A stretch of 64,000 nt of DNA from Felis catus. Taxonomy: Eukaryota. The position numbers were made by a program, and so were the translations under genes. The stretch lies in contig NC_058368.1 in NCBI RefSeq assembly GCF_018350175.1, positions 228,844,001 to 228,908,000 of the forward strand, written 5' to 3'. The notes below the pieces were generated by a model. That model worked only from the letters and a program-made list of their open reading frames with translations, ran no database searches and was not told the origin of the DNA. Shown here piece after piece: positions 36,881 through 49,053 of the stretch; position 1 is the stretch's first letter; the number at the start of each line of letters is the position of its first letter.

Positions 36881-38184
36881 AGAAATATTCTATCGTTCTG
36901 ATTTGTCATTTTTAATCTCTCCAGAGTCTACTGCAGTGCTTACTTTTATGGTCTAGAAACCATTGATGAAATCGCTCAATTCATGAATCAAAAGTTCAGT
37001 TTCATACTTGCCTTTGCTAGCACTGTGGTTGATAAAGAAGCTCCTGTTTCCCTTTCCACGTAGGAAGTTTGTTTGAAGGACCCCCAGGTGGGATTTTTTT
37101 TAAAACAAAAATGAATGGCATAAATGTGTTGCTAAATGTTTTACGTTTGTATTTACATTAAAAATAAATAATGTCTACATATTTATAGCTCCTTCCCCTT
37201 GGGTGTCCTCGTATCCAGCACGCTTCAGGACAGCGTTTAGCTGACGTAGCATTGTGAACTGCACACCCGCATTCTGCATATGTTCGTTTGCCACAGAATT
37301 CTTGCTTTTGCGGCTCTAGCCAGTACTTAGAGTTCCACATTTTGATATATGATGTTTGGATTTTGCAAAAGTCCTTTCATTACGACTGATTTTCCTAAAG
37401 CCATCTATATCTAAAGAAGGTAAACAAAAAAAGGTTCAACACCTGCATTCTTTTTAACTCAAATTGTGGTATGACTCTTGCTGGAACATTTTTCCATTTC
37501 CACTTTTCTTCACTTGGCCTCATTTCCTCCATTAAATTCTTTACCTCAGTATTGCTGCCACATCCACTTCAAAAGATAATTCCCGGGAGGACCAAGGAGA
37601 CTGCCTGCTTCTCTAAAAGACAATGCCTTGTTTAGAAATCTGGTCAGATGCTTCAGCCCAGCACAATTGATTGAAAAGCTGCCATCTGTAGAGACGGTCT
37701 GAATTAAGTTCAGTGAGCTTAACCAAGGTACTCGTCACAAATCAAGCCCATCACACTCACCAAATACATTTCTAGAATTAGTACTTAGGCTCATTTCCTT
37801 TGATTTTTTTTTTCCTAGTAAGTAGAAGCCAGAATTACATTAGTGTAATCCACTGAGCAAGAGTGTTTCTTTGCATAAAGTTCAAAATCTTACAATACCA
37901 GAATAAAAATTTTTGAAAAACAGGCAATAGAGAATGTCAAGCAGTCCAAGTTTGTTATAACAAATAATATTTTTAATGCAAATGGAATAGGGTCATGTGT
38001 ACACTAAAACAGGAGAATGTTTCTGCCACTAAGATTCTGGCAGTGGTACGAACAAGTAATTGATTAATAACAGTTTTGTTCAAAATAAAAGACAAATGTA
38101 AGGAGATTTAAAAATATACTTTTTTTTTTCTAAATAAAAAACTGTTCCTAACCAAATCCAAATAGTTTTGGATTTATGGAATAT

Positions 38185-39360
38185 TTGAACAGAAGGTACA
38201 AATTTCCCATGTCACTACTTCACAAGCTTTCACCTATTACTAACATCTTGCATTACTGTAGTATATTTGTTGTAGTTAGTGAACCAATATTGATATGTTA
38301 TTATTAACTAAGGTTCACAGATTATAGTAAAGTCCACTTTTTGTGTTGTATAGCTATGAGTTTTGACAAATGCATAACATCATGTATCCACTATTATAGT
38401 ATCATACGAAATAGTTTAGTCTTTCTCCTTTTTGAGTTTCGTTAGTTTATGTCTTTTAAGGAGTTGATCCATTTCATTGAAGTTATGGAGTTGGTAGCCA
38501 TAGGGCTTTTCATAATATTCCTTTATTATCCCTTTAATATCCATGGGATCAGTAATGAGGATCTCTTTCATGTCTGGAATTAATAATTTGTGACTTTCTC
38601 TCTCTCTCTCTCTCTCTCGGTTATCCTAGCTCAGTTACCCTATTTATAGATTATAAATTGATCTTTTCAAAGAAGTAGATTTTGGATCTATTGATTTTTC
38701 TCAATTGTTCATCTGTTTTCAGTTAAACTGACTTATGCCCTTATTTTTAACATTTTATTTCTTCCACCTGCTTTCCTTTTTGTCACATTGTGGTTTCCTA
38801 AGGTGGAAGCATATATTATTGATTTTAGATATCTTCTCTGTGTGTGTGTGTGGCCTTAAATCCTGGTGATGAGACCTACCAAGGTGTTTTTTGGACCTTT
38901 TTCCCCCCCTTCCTGGGACAGGAAGTCTGGTGTTGGAGAGGTGATGGGGGGGGGGGTGTTGCTTAATTGACCTTCTCCCTGATAAAGACATAAGCTCTGA
39001 TAAGCCTGATAACTGATAACTACTGATAACTACTCTGGTAAAGTAGTTTCTCTTTCAGGGCAGACCATTGTTATGAAGAATGCTCTGGGCATATTTCAAA
39101 ATCCTTGTTTTCCCCTCCCTTCCTTGAAACTGGAGATTGTCTCTAATCTTTATTGTGAGAACTCAGTGGAGCTCTTGTAGGTAAAGTCCAAGATCATACA
39201 GAGACCTCCTAGAGCAAGAACCCTAAGAGCTTTTAACTCTTAAATTAATCTACCCTAGCCTCCAGCAATTCATCAAAATTTATTCATCTTCGTTCTTATT
39301 GTTAGGATAAAAGCAATGACTTCTAAGCTTTTTTCATGTCCTGGCTAAAACTGGAAGTCC
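38185..39360 (-). mobile_element. L1MC/L1MD-like fragments
   Basis: gaaccaatattgatatgttattattaactaa...gttttgacaaatgcataa, followed by further antisense L1 motifs. Confidence 0.65.
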
Positions 39361-39465
39361 AAGAACATATTATTATGAAAGAGTTTTCTCACATCTAAGA
39401 CAACTTATAATTACATCTCTCTAATTTTGAAGTTGGGCTCTCTGATTTCAGTTAAAGGATTAAAC

Positions 39466-40395
39466 TATATTCATTTCCAATACTGCTCTAACAAATTACC
39501 AAATTTTAGTGACTTAAAACAATAAGGGAGCAAGACTTCTTGTCCCCTCAAAGGCCCTTTGAGCTGGACTAAGAATCAAATTGACCTGAGACAAATTAAT
39601 AACAGAAAATCAAATTTAATAAGTATTTAATAGTAATCTACACAGTCATGGAATAAAAGATAGGCAAAAAGAGGTATATGTGTCATCCTGAGCTAAGGAG
39701 AAGGGGGTAGAAAATTAAGGTATGGAGCTTGAAAGGAAAGGAAAGTATTTCATGGGGTGATAATAAGAGCAAATGTTTGGTAATGAGATGTTTGTCCCGA
39801 CATACAGATAGATCACTCAGATGAAATTTATTTCTGCTAATAACCCTTATTCTGGGAAAGACACCCCCCCCCCCCAATTTAGATTCTTCTGTGTGGATAA
39901 GGGAGGGAAAAATTGTCTCTTGAGCCTGCAGGGTCTCAAGTACCTTCAGCTCAAAATAATCCACATGCTAAAGTAACACATTCTTAGGGTGGTCTGTTCT
40001 GAACCCCTTTGCATCAAAGGTCCAAAATCATCTCCCTAGGCTAAGGTCAATGTGTGGGCAAGATTAGTTCTTTCTGGAAGTTCTGAGGTGAGACTCATAT
40101 CCTTCCCAGTTTTTAGAGACCGCACAGTCCCTTTCTCCATGTTCAAAGTCAATAGTGAAGCATTTCTCCTTTAGGACTGCTGCCTGCATCCTCCTGTGTT
40201 TGGTGATTGTGCCCCTCCCTCACTCTCTTATGAGGACCCTTTGTGGTTTTATTGAACCCACCTGGATGATCCAGGCAAATCTCCCAATCTCGAGATCCTT
40301 AGTATCTCATCTTCAGGGTCTCTTCTGTCTCATATTCACACGTTCTGGTATCTGGACATGAACATCTTTGGGGGCTATTATTCAGTCTACCATAA
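39466..40395 (-). mobile_element. MLT1D/E-like LTR, interrupted by a MER34-like LTR
   Basis: tactgctctaacaaattacc...gacttaaaacaa at one end; ggacatgaacatctttgggggctattattcagtctacca at the other. Confidence 0.7.
39533..40013 (-). mobile_element. MER34-like ERV1 solo LTR
   Basis: aagaatcaaattgac...ccttcagctcaaaataatcc...gggtggtctgttctgaacccc. Confidence 0.7.
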
Positions 40396-40582
40396 TGACT
40401 AAGAACAAATACAATTTCAAATGAGATACGTGTTTCTTATTGTTGCTTTTAACTACTTTTGTATCTGTAGCAACTTTATTTCACCCATTTGCTTCTGTCA
40501 GGATTTTTAAAATTATGTAGCCTGTGCCTACATATGTCCATTGTTATAAAGGATGAAGTTGTTGAAAAAGAATTCCAAATCA

Positions 40583-40775
40583 GGGGCTCCTGGGTGGCTC
40601 AGTAGGTTAGGCAGCCAACTTTGGCTCATCACGACCTTGCAGTTCCCGAGTTTGAACCCCACATAGGGCTCTATGCTGAGGCCATTTGGGATTTTCTCTC
40701 TCTCTCTCCTTCTCTCTCTTCCCCCTTCCATGCTCTCTCCCTCTCTCTCAGAAATAAATAAACTTAAAAAAAACA
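40583..40775 (+). mobile_element. CAN-SINE
   Basis: SINE consensus; TSD aaagaattccaaat. Confidence 0.93.
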
Positions 40776-41555
40776 AAGAATTCCAAATTAAATTTGGTAT
40801 ACTATTTTGTATACCTTGTTGTTTTGATGTATGTATCTTAGTTCTATAACCCTTAGTTTTGTTGAGCAAGTGGAAACAAAGTTAGGTAACTGTCAGAACA
40901 CTGGACAGCATCAGCAAAACCACTAACATGGGGAACCTAGAAACTATCAACATCACCACAGCTGCAGTGAGCCTGCTCTATTAGCTCAATACCAAATTGT
41001 AGGAAACCAAACCTGGTATAATTTTCTTACTCTGCCTGAAACCAAATTACTTTTTTTTCTTTTGTGGAATATCTTTTTATGTGAACTGTGTCCAGTTTTA
41101 CATTGGCAGATAATGGTGTTTTAAATTTTTTTGTAAGTGATTCTTTAGATATTAAGTACATCAACATGTTCGTTCACATATTGCAATTTATTTTTTTAAT
41201 TGGTCATTTGTCTTTTAATTCTATTTATTTTTATCATATAAATGTCATCAACTTTTATTTGGTCAAACTTCTCAGCCTGCCTCTTTTGTATTTGATTACT
41301 AAAAGAATTCTTTCCAAAAAAAAAAAAAGCAAACAAACAAACAAAAGAATTCTTTCCACTAAATGTAGGCTGACATTCACTTATGTTTTTCCTTTTTGTA
41401 AAATCTTACTTCTTTTAATGATCTTCTAAAAATTTAAAATTTAATGTAGTTATATTTTTTGTTTTATATAAGAGTTTTGTTTTCAGTTTCTGCATATTTA
41501 AATAATTGTTAACAGCATAATTTAATGAATAACATGTATATATTTAAGAATGCAT

Positions 41556-41783
41556 GGGGGCGCCTGGGTGGCTCAGTCGGTTGAGCGTCCGTCTTCAGCT
41601 CAGGTCATGATCTCACACTCCGTGTGTTCGAGCCCCACGTCGGGCCCTGTGCTGACAGCTCGGAGTCTGGAGGCTGCTTCGGATTCTGTGTCTCCCTCTC
41701 TCTCTGCCCCTCCCCTGCTCATGCTCTGTTTCTCTCTGTCTCAAAAATAAATAAATACAAATTTAAAAAAATTAAAAAAAAAA
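41556..41783 (+). mobile_element. CAN-SINE (SINEC_Fc, CpG-rich)
   Basis: Near-consensus; TSD aagaatgcatg. Confidence 0.96.
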
Positions 41784-41902
41784 GAATGCATGTATACGTT
41801 TTTTCTTAATGTGCTGAGAACAAGTCTAAAGCCAGTTTATTTTCATTTTTCTGTATGGGTAAACTCATTTTTTTATCTTGTTTGGATGCTCATATTTTTA
41901 TG

Positions 41903-42121
41903 TTTTTATTTTTAATTTATTTTTAATTTTTTAACGCTTTTATTTATTTTTAAGAGAGAGAGAGAAAGAGAGAGAGAGACAGAGTGCAAGCATGGGAGGG
42001 GGAGAGAGAGAGGGAGACACAGAATCCAAAGTAGGCTCCAGGCTCTGAGCTGCCAGCACAGAGCCTGAGGAGCAGCTTGAACTCGTGAACCAAGAGATCA
42101 TGACCTGGGCCACCCAGGAAA
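41903..42121 (-). mobile_element. CAN-SINE with internal deletion
   Basis: SINE body joined as tgacctgggccacccagg. Confidence 0.9.
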
Positions 42122-42124
42122 CCC

Positions 42125-42339
42125 TTTTTTCAAAAAAAAAAAAATTAATGTTTTATTTATTTTTGAGAGAAAGAGAGAGAGCATGAGCAGGAAAGGGACA
42201 CAGAGAGAGGGGGACAGAATGTCTGAAGCAGGCTATGCGCTGACAACAACAAGCCCAGTGTGGAGCTTGAACTCATGAACTGTGAGATCTTGACCTGAGC
42301 TGAAGTCCATTGCTCAGCCAACTGAGCCACCAAGGTGCC
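42125..42339 (-). mobile_element. CAN-SINE
   Basis: SINE consensus. Confidence 0.92.
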
Positions 42340-42814
42340 TCATATGTTTTTAAAGTTCAAGGTTTCAATCTTGATATTTATAAGAGTTAGTCATTTACAT
42401 TAATAGCATCTGGGTCCTAGTATGCCTTTCAAAATAGAGGTAAGATTTCCAGTGTTACCCTGAAATAGTGACTGGAGTACTGACTCTGTGTCCCTTATTT
42501 TAAATACTAATATCCTTTATTTGTATTATGGAAATAGATAATCAAACTGTTTGTAATTTTTTTAAGAAAGCTTTTGTTTTCACAGATAAATAAAAATTAG
42601 CATTGGAGTCGGGGAAAGAATATATTTTCTAGATAAAGGGAATAGCGAAAAAAATATCAATAAAAGAGTGCCCTTCAGAATTACAGGACGTCCCATTTCC
42701 TAAGAATGAAGGTGGGCCAGAGAGGGACATTACCTGAGGCATAAGAGATTGGACCCATATCACAAAGGACACTGTGCACTGAACAAAATAGTCTATTTGA
42801 TATAATTTATATAT

Positions 42815-43680
42815 TTGTATTTATTACTGAAATATATTTGGCATATAAAATCGTGCAAATTGGGCAACTGGGTTGTTCAGTTGGTTAAGCATCTGACTTC
42901 AGCTCAGGTCATGATCTCACGGTTTTTGGGTTTGAGCCCCACATCGCGGCCCTGACCTGACAACACGGAGCCTGCTTGGGATTCTGTCTTGATCCCTCTC
43001 TCTGTACCTCCCCTGCTTGCTTCCTCTAGAGAGAGCTCTTTCTCTCTCAAATGAATAAGCATTTTTTAAAAATTGTATAAATTTAAAGTATACAACATAT
43101 TAGTTTGATACATTTATATATTGTAATATAATTGCCATTGTAGCAATTAGTATCTCTACCATGTTACATAATTATTTCTTTTTAGTGGTTTGAATAATTA
43201 TATCCCAGTTTGTTAGCAAGTTGGAAAATTATAATGTAATATTGTTGTCTATATTCAATATACCATGCATTAGATCTCCCTTTATACATACCACAATTTC
43301 TTTATCCATTCTTTCATCAGTGGACGCTTAGGTCATATCTTGGCTATTGTAAATAATGCTACAATGGATACGAGAGTGAAGATATCTCTTTGAAGTATTG
43401 ATTTCATTTCCTTTGGATATGTACCCAGAAAAGGGGTTGCTGGATCATATTTGAAGAACCTCCATATAGTTTCCCATAATGGCTGCATCAATTAATATTC
43501 CCACCTGTAGTGTACAAGGGTTCCCTTTCTTTTTGCATCCTTGCCAACACTTGGAATCTTCTGTCGTTTTGATAGTGACCATGCTAATAGGTATGAGGTG
43601 ATAGCTTGTTGCGGTTTTAATTTTTACTTGCCTGATGATTAGTAAGTAGAACACCTTTTAATTTATGTGTTGGCCTTTTT
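42815..43680 (-). mobile_element. L1 (L1MA9/L1_Carn-like) 3' region
   Basis: ttctttatccattc...ttggctattgtaaataatgct...catccttgccaacactt; ORF 43445..43654 is ORF2p-like (YHLIPISM...KCWQGC). Confidence 0.85.
42861..43070 (+). mobile_element. CAN-SINE inside an L1 3' end
   Basis: SINE consensus; TSD about aaaatcgtgcaaatt/aaaattgtataaatt. Confidence 0.9.
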
Positions 43681-44600
43681 AAATAGACATATGTCATAAT
43701 CTGTTAGAAATAAGGTTCTAGAACTTATAGAAGACATCAGGAACAAATATGAAACTTAGATATTTAAATAAGCTTATGGATCAGTAAATTCTGAATATTT
43801 CAAGTGAGTATATACATATTGAGAAAATAAGACAGAGAAGGCAACACTAGGGAACATTTGTGTTTAAGGGAAGGGATGGGAGAAGAGACTAGGAAAATAA
43901 TGAGGAAAAAAAACTATCAGAAAGAAAGAAGGAAAAGTAGGGACAAGGGATTATCACGCAAAGGATTAGAAGACACAAGGCAGTCAATTTGATGCAATAT
44001 GACAAAATGGTCAGAAAATAAATGGACTGAACCTTTCCCCAGGGATTTTGAGATTTCGAAGATAATTGGTTACTTAGGATAATCCAGTGAGCCATCGGGC
44101 TGGAAGACAAGTGGCCGTGGACTGGCGAATGTGAAAAAGGAGAATCAAAAACTCTCTTCTATATTTAGAAGCTTTGTTATGAAGAGATTGCTTTAACTCT
44201 ATGGAACATGGAGAAAGATCTCAGCGAAGATTGCAGTGATCTGATAGTGTTAATACAAGACTATGTTGAGGGATGGGCTGATAAACTGGAGGATATAAGC
44301 AGGTCCTCAGACAAATGATACAGGGATGGAATGCAAACACAGCAGGGCCCTTGGCCTTGGGAGGAAACGGCCATCTTCCCTTTAGATCATAAAGGTTCCA
44401 GTAAGACTGAGCAACCAATAATGGATGGCTTTTTATGTGTGGAGATAAGGGAGAGTAAATTATTCATCTTGGGTGGTAGTCCTCTAAACTGCCAAATAGG
44501 GAGGGATGCCTGTCATGCAAAAGTGAGCTTGAAATGATACTAAATTTTCAGATAGACGGTCTTAGAAATGGAGAGGGAGGCCAAAGGACTAGGTGTATGA

Positions 44601-44853
44601 TTTTTATTTTATTTTATTTTATTTTATTTCATTAAAAATTTTTTTAATGTTTTTATTATTTATCTTTGAGATAGAGAGAGACAGAGTATGAGTAGGGGAG
44701 GGGTAGAGAGAGAGGGAGACACAGAATCTGAAGCAGGCTCCAGGCTCCGAGCTGTCAGCACAGAGCCCCAGGCAGGGCTCGAACCCATGGACTGTGAGAT
44801 CATGACCTGAGCTGAAGTCGGACGCTTAACTGACTGAGCCACCCAGGCACCCC
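44601..44853 (-). mobile_element. CAN-SINE
   Basis: SINE consensus; TSD taggtgtatgattttt/taggtgaatgattttt. Confidence 0.95.
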
Positions 44854-44934
44854 TAGGTGAATGATTTTTCACACCTTTCCTGACCAGGGTAAGTAAGATA
44901 AACAAGCTGGGTCTCCTCCTATCTTATATCACTT

Positions 44935-45020
44935 AAATATTAGCTCGATATACATTAAGTGGTGACAAGGGAGGTGAAAATATTAGCTTGATATACATTA
45001 AGTGGTGACAAGGGAGGTGA
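44935..45020 (+). repeat. 43-bp tandem duplication (2 copies, 1 mismatch)
   Basis: aaatattagctYgatatacattaagtggtgacaagggaggtga twice. Confidence 0.95.
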
Positions 45021-45553
45021 AAATAAGTAGTTCTTTTAGATGTAATCAACTGAAAGCCAAGTTAACTGGCACCTCATTTGCCTTCTATAAATTGCCCCCT
45101 CCTCAAGTGACCTACCCTTTAATCTGGCTCCGCATGTGATGTTCAAAATTAAAATTTGTTTAATGTTCACAAGTTTTTTTCATATTTCATCAGGAAAGTA
45201 TATTTTATAAGCTCTAGTGGTGCATTTATGATTCCTGTACATTCAAATTATATTCTTTGTGAGTTAAGCAGATTTTAAACCATCTAATAATTTCTCGTTT
45301 TACACAGACAAAAAAGTCAGAGCCTTTAGTCACTCAAAGATCTGACATGAGCTTATCCCCTGCTTACATCCTTCAGCTCAGATCCCAGCTCTCTTTTCCA
45401 GTGTTTTGCTGGAAACACAGCAGCTGGCTCAAAAAAGTCTGGTGAGCGCCTCTCATCCCATCCCCCCTCCCTCTCATCAGGTCTGTAGCTTGAAATCAAT
45501 CATGATGCTTGTATTTACAACAGAAATTGACAAAGCCTAAAAATTGTGACTTG

Positions 45554-45768
45554 TTTTCTCTTCCTTCCCTCCTTCCTTCCTCCCTTCCTCCATCCCTCCC
45601 TTTCTCCTTTCCTTCCGTCCTTCCTCCCTCCCTCTTGTCCTTCCTCCCTCCCTCCCTTCTGTCCTTCCTTCCTTCCTCCCTCCCTCCCTCCTTTCCTTCC
45701 TTCCTCCCTCCCTGTCTTCCTTTCTCCCTCCCATCCTTCCTCCTCCCTCCCTCGCTCCCTCCCTCCTT
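45554..45768 (+). repeat. Polypyrimidine (CCTT/CCCT)n low-complexity tract
   Basis: About 210 bp almost entirely C/T. Confidence 0.95.
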
Positions 45769-46412
45769 TACTATTTTGTAAAAAATGGTCTCTTATTTTT
45801 TTGCTGCTCATTAGTGAGGCTCTATGCAGTGTCCTTAACAGCATGTGGAATGGGGCCGTGTGCTATGACTGTGTTTATTGGTGTACGTCTGTGAAAGGTA
45901 CATGATGCTAGCAGTGATCAGTGCAGTCCTATCATGCAAGCGCTCCCCACATAAATTTATAGCAGGTGGGTATTGTCATGAACCCATAAAAAATAATTTC
46001 CTTGGAGAACTATTTCAACTGTGAACACACAACATATATTTAAAACGTGCTACTTTACTCATATCCATTTTCCTGAACTGTATTTTTATTTTTTCCTCCC
46101 ATGACCATGAATTATAAACCAAAATTGATTTGATGGCAATCTTCTGCTTGCTTCAGTAATAATGAATTGAATCAGTGCCATTCAGCATTTGAATAAATTT
46201 TTGATACGGAGAAAAAGTCTGTGCATAAGTGGATTATTTTCCAAAATCTGGTACTGTTAACATAAATAAGTAAACAGAAAAAGGGCTAAAATATGAAAGC
46301 AGTAAATTTGCACAGTCAATATGAGCAAAGCAAAGGAAAGCGACAGTATGGAGAGAAAGAAACCAGTCTGGTTCCGTATTAACCTCTTTCTCCAGAGAAT
46401 CAATTGGACCAT

Positions 46413-46491
46413 TTTGTTTTATTTTATTTTATTTTATTTTATTTTATTTTATTTCATTTTATTTTATTTCATTTTACTTTATTTTACTTTA
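46413..46491 (+). repeat. (TTTTA)n microsatellite
   Basis: Direct reading; probably the tail of an antisense L1 fragment. Confidence 0.9.
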
Positions 46492-46579
46492 CTGATTTTA
46501 TCATTTTTTCATTTTTTATTTTAGTTTCAGTATCATTGACATATAGCTTTATATTAGTTTCAGGTGTACTTGGATCCCA

Positions 46580-46791
46580 TTTTCCTTTTTTTCAAATTTT
46601 ATTTATTTGAGAGAGAGAGAGAGAGAGAAGTATGAGTGGCTGAGGTGCAGAGAGATATTGAGAGAACCCCAAACAGGCTCCTGGCTGTTGTCGCATGGAG
46701 CCTGACCTGCGGCTCAGTCTCATAAACCGCGAGATCGTGACCTGAGCCAAATCAAGAGTTGGACACTTAACCGACTGAGCCACCAGGTGCC
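46580..46791 (-). mobile_element. CAN-SINE
   Basis: SINE consensus; TSD atcccatttt. Confidence 0.93.
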
Positions 46792-46912
46792 TCTTTAATC
46801 CCATTTTAATCTACTCTTTATGAAACTCACAAGTAAAAATAAATTGAACCATCTTAACATGTGAACTTTAACTCGGAACACTCTGTTGATAAAATACTTA
46901 AAATTGTTGATA

Positions 46913-46920
<8 letters not shown>

Positions 46921-46963
<43 letters not shown>
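46921..46963 (+). repeat. (TA)n microsatellite
   Basis: About 21 perfect TA units. Confidence 0.97.
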
Positions 46964-46966
<3 letters not shown>

Positions 46967-47551
46967 GCACATCTGGATTTTTAGATTTAGGCCTCCACCC
47001 CTTCTCATGGTCTTTTAGCAACCATACTCCAGGCATTTACAGATCTGTTTTAATTTACGTTTATAATCCCCTTTCTTTCCTCTCTCACTTTTTCCACTCT
47101 TCCTATAACCTCACCAAGAGCTCTCTATCTCCTACCATTTCCCAAACATTTTGTGTGTTTTCTTAACTCTGAGCTCTGTATCTACTTCTTCTTGGAAACT
47201 TAGTTCTGCTTTTCTCCACCCTTTGACCTACATATATCTACGAGAAAGTCAGATCCTATTTCCTCTGTAAAGTTTTCCTTCTCTTCGAACCTTTCAAGGA
47301 GTCTGCCATCATCTCACTCGTTCCATAGAACTTTGTCTGTACCTCTATCATTGACATTCATATGCAAGTGTTTTATGACACAGTTTATTTTAAAGATTGT
47401 TTGTGTGTCTCTCAATGTCTGTACTGTTTTTTATTTAAAACTGAAAATAAGAGTTTATTCATTTTTTTATTGCGACACAAATCCTATTTTCTGGCCCTTT
47501 GTAATTTACAAATTTGTTGTTAATTATGGAATAAAAATGAGTAAGCAGATT

Positions 47552-48170
47552 GTGTAACATGAAATTCTAGAAAGGCCCTCCTCCCAGGATTCCTATACTA
47601 TGGTTATTCAATCGAACGCGGATCCAGGTACTGCTGTGAGGGATGTTGCAGATGGAATTAAAGTTACTAGTCGGCTGACCCTAAATTAGGCAGATTATCC
47701 TAAATTACCTAGTTGGATCAAGGTAATCATGTGACCCTTGAAAGCAACAGAATTCTAAGGGACCAACTGGGGCCTTGTCGCACACAGGGATGGAAGGAGA
47801 GGAGGCAGACGGAAAGATGAGAGGCACTTGGAGCACAAAAAGGACTTCCTGTTGATGCCTTCGAGAGAAGAAGGAAGAGGGCTGTGAGCCAAGAAGTGTG
47901 GGTGGCTTGTGGAAGCCACGGATGACCCTTGACTGACAAGCAGCAAGAAAACAGAAACCTGAGAGCCGCGACCTCCTAGAACTGAATTCTGCCAACAACT
48001 TGAATAAGCCTGGAACCCATTCATCTCAGAACATCAGAAAGGAACACAGCCTTGCTGACACCTCGATTTCAGCTTTGTAAAACCTTTGTCGGGATTCTGA
48101 CTTCCAGAACTATAAGATAATAGATAAAATCGTGGCAACTTATAGTGATGGTAGAAAAGAAATATAGAAG
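47552..48170 (+). mobile_element. MLT1D/E-like MaLR LTR
   Basis: gcagatggaattaaagtt...gagccaagaagtgtgggtggc...aactgaattctgccaacaac...ccttgctgacacc...cagaactataagataat. Confidence 0.85.
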
Positions 48171-48842
48171 CAATGACTTGTTTTCTCTCTTCAGGAAAAA
48201 AAAAGACATTATTCATTCAGTGTTCCACTTAAGGCTCATCACCTTAGGTGCCCTTCCATGGGCTAAAAACACGATGGTGAACAGGGCAAAGCCTTGGCTC
48301 TCATGGAGCTTAATTCATCTTTCCATCTTTATTACAGGATAAAACTTTTTTTTATCATTAATTATTGCATGACAGCAAACAATCCAGTGACTAATCAGTG
48401 TTGAGAATTAAGGTTACTGCAATGAAAACAGATTCACTGTCTCCTACTACCCTTAATTTAGGATTTATGTTCATATACCTACTCTAGTAGAGGTTCTCTG
48501 GAATTATTTTTTCCTCAGTGACTGATTGTATACAATCTTTTTTTCTAATATAATGTAGTTTTTCTTTAGTTCTTTTGAGAAATCAGATTGCCTAATGGTA
48601 AGAGGCACAATTTAATCCTGTTATTGAGATTTTATTGTCTTAATATTTAGTTTTCTGAGTGATTTTGCAGAAACTGCCACATGTACAGATATGGAAAGTG
48701 ATTTTCATAAATGTCCCTCAAATTCCATACTATTTCAGCTTTTTTTCACCAAAATTGTATGCATATTTTTAGTTAATAGTATGCATAATAACATAGTAAG
48801 TTCTCTATAGGACAAAATGTTTTAAGAATTATGAATATGTTT

Positions 48843-49053
48843 GAGGCGCCTGGGTGGCTCAGTCAGGTACCCAACTCTTGGTTTCTGCTCAGGACGTGAT
48901 TTCCCAGTTGGGGAGTTCAAGCCCTGCAATGAGCTCCACGCTGTCAATATGGATCCTGCTGGAGATTCTCTCTCTGTGTCCCTCTCTCTCTGTGCCTCCC
49001 TTGCTTGTGCTCTCTCTCTCTCTCAAAAATAAATACGTAAACTTGAAAAAAAA
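48843..49053 (+). mobile_element. CAN-SINE
   Basis: SINE consensus. Confidence 0.92.

Noticed and set aside
45509..45905. Overlapping Pro/Ser-rich and Gly/Arg/Glu-rich ORFs
   Set aside because: Artefacts of the stop-free CCTT low-complexity tract.
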